Shown: piece by piece, positions 6,516 through 7,994 of the stretch | Layout: the number at the start of each line of letters is the position of its first letter | Position numbering within the stretch: position 1 is the first letter of the stretch | Assembly (NCBI RefSeq): GCF_006345805.1 | Contig: NW_021828603.1 | Coordinates: forward strand, 1-7,994 | DNA length: 7,994 nucleotides | Direction: 5' to 3' | Origin: Octopus sinensis | Lineage: Eukaryota | Notes under the pieces: model-generated | The model's input: the letters and a program-made list of their open reading frames with translations, nothing else | What the model was told of the DNA's origin: nothing | Databases searched by the model: none | Position numbers and translations under genes: made by a program

Positions 6516-6640
6516 ATATTAAAAAAACCAATATATGGCACATAGGCATAACAACAACGTGAACTTCCAACCTGTGTCTCTTGAGGTCTCTAGGTGAGAC
6601 TTGGAGCCAACTTGTACAACATAAAGCAAAAGTCAAACAT
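6516..6640 (+). mobile_element. Complex island within (AAT)n, possibly the 3' UTR end of a 5'-truncated (TAA)n-targeting non-LTR retrotransposon (R4/Dong-like)
   Basis: About 125 bp of non-repetitive sequence flanked by (AAT)n on both sides; stem-loop GTCTC-TAGGT-GAGAC (6586-6600). The family and strand are inferred from context only. Confidence 0.35.
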
Positions 6641-6641
6641 A

Positions 6642-6677
<36 letters not shown>

Positions 6678-6681
6678 TAAC

Positions 6682-6735
<54 letters not shown>

Positions 6736-6805
6736 AATAATACTAATTAATAATAATAATAATAATTATATAAATAATAACAATAATAATAATAATAATA
6801 AAATA

Positions 6806-6868
<63 letters not shown>

Positions 6869-6930
6869 GCAATAATAATAATAATAATGGCGATGCTACG
6901 GATGCTGCTTCCGGTAATGATGAGGATGAC
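6641..6930. repeat. (AAT)n/(GAT)n/(AAC) microsatellite with a degenerate right end
   Basis: Directly visible. Confidence 0.95.
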
Positions 6931-7165
6931 GATCAACGAAAGATGTTTTATCCGCATATTTTTCAAAAGAAAATCAGAGTTCAATGTTAGTGTAGGTAGC
7001 TAAAACAATTTCCTTGCTCTCTATTCCCTGAAGCCTGTCGACAATTGAGGTGAAAGGGGAGGAAATAGCGAGGTGGATGGGGTGGAGAGGGATAGGGTGA
7101 GTGTGAGCGCGGCGCGGCGCTTATAGTACTGTAATAGTAAGTATTGACTAACAACAATGTGGCTG

Positions 7166-7740
7166 TAGTGATGGTGGTGGTGGTGGTTATGGTGGTGGTG
7201 GTGGTGGTGGTGGTGGTGGTGGTGGTGGTGTGCCTACGTTGGAGAAAGCAATTCAACAGACTTGTCGGAAAGGATTAGTCTTGGTAACTTGGACACAATC
7301 TTGTTTTTGTCGTTGTTGATGATGATAATGATGATGATGGTGGTGGTGGTGGTTGTAGTTGTGATGGTGGGGGTAGTGGTGGTAATGGCGGCGGCTGAGA
7401 TGGTAGTGGTGGCGGTGGTGACGGTGGCTGAGATGGTAGTGGAGGTGATAACGGTAGAGGTGGTGGTGGTGGTGGGGTGGTGGTGGTGGTGGTGGTGGTG
7501 GTGGTATTGATGGTGGCAGTAGTGACGGTAATGGTAATAGTGGTGTTTATGGAGGCGGTGGTGGTGTTATGGTTGTAGTGGGGACAGTGGTAGTACTGGT
7601 GTTGTTGGTGATGGTGCTAGAGGTGGTGGTGGTTGTAGTTGTGATGGTGGTAGTGCTGGTATTGGTGGTGGTGTGCTGGTGGTGATGCTGGTCTTCGTCA
7701 TTGCAGTGGTAGTGGTGGTGGCGAAGATGATGGCAGCGGT
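7166..7740. repeat. Degenerate (GGT)n low-complexity tract with internal duplications
   Basis: GGCTGAGATGGTAGTGG at 7393 and 7426; GGTGGTGGTGGTTGTAGTTGTGATGGTGG at 7342 and 7622; interrupted by complex sequence at about 7231-7310. Confidence 0.9.
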
Positions 7741-7782
7741 GTTTCATTTGTGGTCGTTGATGTGGAATAGAAGTGTATGTGA

Positions 7783-7836
7783 AGGTCAAGATGACGGGTC
7801 AGAGTGGAAAGGTCAGAAGTCGTAGGTCATGAGTCA
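7783..7836 (+). promoter_or_regulatory. Candidate enhancer motif cluster: four RGGTCA half-sites plus an AP-1 motif
   Basis: AGGTCA 7783-7788, GGGTCA 7796-7801, AGGTCA 7810-7815, AGGTCA 7824-7829, TGAGTCA 7830-7836. Motif match only. Confidence 0.3.
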
Positions 7837-7994
7837 CAACATCTTGTATTTAGTGTTCCAGCAATGATAGTCTAACGTGCGTCGATGGATGACATGGAGG
7901 GGGGAGGGGGCGGAGGTTGTTGTTGCTGTTGCTGTTGTAGTAATTTGCTGGTATCTGTATATTGTTTTTTGTTTGTCTAAGCTTTGGTTTATAT

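Noticed and set aside
7262-7789. Pro/Thr/His-rich or Val-rich ORFs resembling extensin, formin or mucin regions
   Set aside because: The (ACC)n phase shifts from H to T to P within one frame and stops occur in the frames I checked, consistent with non-coding repeat drift.
7872-7976. Minus-strand frame encoding ...LLQQQQQQQPPPPPPSMSSIDAR-stop
   Set aside because: Only 34 codons between in-frame stops and no polypyrimidine acceptor upstream; it cannot be excluded as a terminal exon without RNA data but is unsupported.

Overview
Non-coding eukaryotic DNA made almost entirely of tRNA-derived SINEs and microsatellites; no protein-coding gene can be supported and all listed ORFs fall in repeats. 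The SINE set and simple-repeat load resemble what I recall from Octopus (coleoid cephalopod) genomes; this is an inference, not a database match. I use my own labels for four SINE-like families (A, B, C, D) plus a headless CORE-type body, all on the minus strand. The most unusual structure is family A. It occurs as a head-to-tail concatemer (1-831, running off the left edge) with only one complete Pol III head; the other monomers start at one fixed point, the 3' side of a hairpin loop in the tRNA-like head. The same junction recurs in a separate copy at 6047-6305, suggesting programmed multimer formation (RT template jumping or a circular RNA intermediate) with no recognisable hammerhead ribozyme. 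Other points of note: 3' tails swapped at a GTCGA-N5-TCGAC palindrome, a filled and an empty copy of the same insertion site, a possible 800-bp three-SINE chimera between 9-bp direct repeats, a MITE-like inverted repeat, a complex island inside an (AAT)n tract and a cluster of four RGGTCA half-sites next to an AP-1 motif.
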